Source of the DNA: Octopus sinensis
Lineage: Eukaryota
Assembly: GCF_006345805.1 (NCBI RefSeq)
Contig: NC_042997.1
Coordinates: forward strand, 162,316,001 to 162,380,000
Length of the DNA stretch: 64,000 nucleotides
Direction: 5' to 3'
The stretch's first letter is position 1; each line of letters starts with the position of its first letter. Shown in pieces: positions 61,888 through 64,000 of this stretch. A program made the position numbers and the translations under genes. A model generated the notes under the pieces. That model made no database searches, was not told the origin of the DNA, and saw only the letters and a program-made list of their open reading frames with translations.

Positions 61888-61910
61888 CTGAAATATATAG
61901 AACAGAATTA
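61888..61910 (-). other. Splice acceptor of reflectin-3 5'-UTR intron
   Basis: Minus strand TTCTGTTCTATATATTTCAG, 18 nt before the ATG; shares TATATATTTCAG with the reflectin-2 acceptor. Confidence 0.75.
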
Positions 61911-63248
61911 TTGATAACCACATGAATTCAGATGCTATCATATAAATGTGTAATGTTTACATATGTGCGATTTCATATGATTTATAATGTAAAGGAAATA
62001 ATGGCAATCAAGAGTGAAAGTTGTATAACTAACAGCTTTTGTTTCTCAGAATAAAAGATTTGTCTTCGTATCCTGTCACTGGTAATGCGTCCTGTTCTCG
62101 GACAAAGTATTGAGCTTTTAATGCTCTTGTCTCTAGTTGAAAGTAGGTATCATGATAAGGATGCTTCTATTTATTGGATGAACAATCCTTCTGTGGTAAT
62201 GTGAATTACTAGGTTTGATTTATTAGTGCCTGACAAGGGTATGAATAATAACATTGCTATTATAGTTATAGAATATAGCTAACTGTTTTAAAAGCTATAT
62301 AATTGAACATAGACTCACATATGTCGAGAATAGGGAGATATCTCTCACACTGAAATCATGAAATATAAGATATCAAATCTCATCACGAAAATATTGTAAA
62401 TCTGAAAGATCATCATACACATTTTGTAATGAGGATCAGATTTAGAACAGAATCAGATTAAGATGGACTAAGACGAGGTGTGAAAGTTATTCATTAAGAT
62501 TATTTTGAAACTACATAAGAAATTAAAGCAAGGCAAAACACCTCTTTGATAGATTGAAGTAAGGTTAGGTATATGATGGATATCAAAAATTTTTTTGCCA
62601 CAAGGATTGCCCGAGAATTAGATATCCTTCAAGGAAAATTAGTCGCAATGGCTGTCCTAAAAAGATAAGAATTTATAATTGACTTGAGATGCATAGAGCC
62701 AGAGATCAACATCTGTCACAGTCTTGATTCAGCGGAAGCTAACTTTTAGCATTTGGTGCTCATCAGCAAAGAAAAAAAATACATGCATAAAAGAATAGAA
62801 AATATCAAAATACTATGAACAGATTTTTACTTTTAGCTAAGACATAGTATAAGCTATGCGTGTTTTTTTTTAAGACGGAACTGTTTAACTTATAACGCAT
62901 CGATATGAAAAGAAAAATATTTGCGAATAAAAAAGCAGTAAAAAAGAAAGAAGGGGTGAGAGAGAAAGAGAGGGAGACGAAAAAAAAAAAAGAAAACTTT
63001 AGTTGTCTCTTTAGAACAGCCTGCTATAGGATTCGTCAGTGAGCTCTCATATTAAATAGTTTAAATCATAAAAGTCGTTGCTTGTTTCGATATCCTTATG
63101 TTATGTTAATACACATCGTGGACAATATGCTACTAGTGAATTTAATTCAAAGTTAAAATTTTCAAGCATGTATATAAGCTATAGGTGCACATAAAAAATA
63201 AAACGTAAAAAGAAAGGAGTAGAACAATGAGAATTTCCTCCAGATATA

Positions 63249-63712
63249 CAGTTATACCTCACTTCACGAGGACCGGCTTTACGACACTCCGAGATTACGA
63301 GTTTTATTTTTCAAGCACAAGATCCAAGTTCTGAACGAAGTTCAAAAGTTTCCAGTGCCATAACAAATGCTTCTGCGTGGTACCGAAAAATTTATAGTGA
63401 GCGAAAGAGAGCTTCTAAGCAAACAACTCTAGACTGGTTTTTCAAAAAGAAATCTACAAGTCCGTCTAGGAGTACATGTAAATCGGCGATCGCGTCTTCA
63501 AGTGATGGTCTGCGCGAGTCTAGTGCTAGAGGAAGTGATTCAGAAAACGATTATAATAATAATATTTTTTTTATTATAAATGATCTTGACCATATTGTTT
63601 ACTTCACATAAAATAGTCTTAAAATTCTACTGTTGTTTTATTGCCATTTATTTACGAGTATCATAAATTTTATAGATGAAATATTCATATGATTTATATC
63701 GAGGGATTACTG
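63249..63712 (+). mobile_element. Tigger/pogo-like non-autonomous element
   Basis: TA-flanked degenerate TIRs CAGTTATACCTC / GAGGGATTACTG; internal DPSSERSSKVSSAI...YRKIYSERKRASKQTTLDWFFKK matches the pogo/Tigger C-terminal motif. Confidence 0.7.
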
Positions 63713-64000
63713 TATATCATTGCTCTAACCTTGATTTATTTTTCTCTTTGGTATGTATCATGACAGGAATGTATGCATTTATGTACGAATTTATACATAC
63801 ATAGATACATACATACACACATGCATACATAATTACATACATGCATGCATCTGTGTATGTGTGAGCGAGCGCGTGTCTGTCTGTATGTATATATGTATGT
63901 ATACGTACAGCTTTGTATGTTTTGCTTTATGTATGTCATCTCATGCATATACTTGCATATTTAGACATGCTAAACCTCTGAAAAGTTTTACAGATTTTTA

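Noticed and set aside
61911-64000. Promoter/exon 1 for reflectin-3
   Set aside because: No TATATAAAG...GAGAAC arrangement on the minus strand; the GTTCTC at 62094 has no TATA at the expected distance. It probably lies beyond the window.

Overview
AT-rich, microsatellite- and retroposon-dense eukaryotic DNA, almost certainly from an octopod cephalopod (inferred from the genes and repeat style). The only host protein-coding content I can support is a cluster of three reflectin genes, each with an uninterrupted CDS: 10586-11692 (+), 27374-28843 (-) and 60547-61869 (-). Each CDS has a TTTCAG splice acceptor 18-32 nt upstream of the ATG. For the first two genes I found a matching TATATAAAG...GTAAGTT...GAGAAC core promoter and a ~60-nt non-coding first exon 3-5 kb upstream. 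The three paralogs look like mosaics of one another. The rest is transposon debris: tRNA-derived SINE families, Tc1/mariner, Tigger, hAT MITE, Helitrons, R4/Dong, Tx1/CR1-like LINEs, Penelope-like (PLE) GIY-YIG remnants and a solo-LTR-like unit. The most unusual element is a tRNA-headed SINE whose tail carries a PLE-type minimal hammerhead ribozyme. It occurs twice as an inverted dimer. The copy inside predicted reflectin-1 intron 1 has a 16-bp target-site duplication and has captured 56 bp of that gene's promoter-proximal DNA. Nine intact or decayed hammerhead-like motifs are recognisable. All analysis was by eye; repeat family names and some boundaries are approximate.
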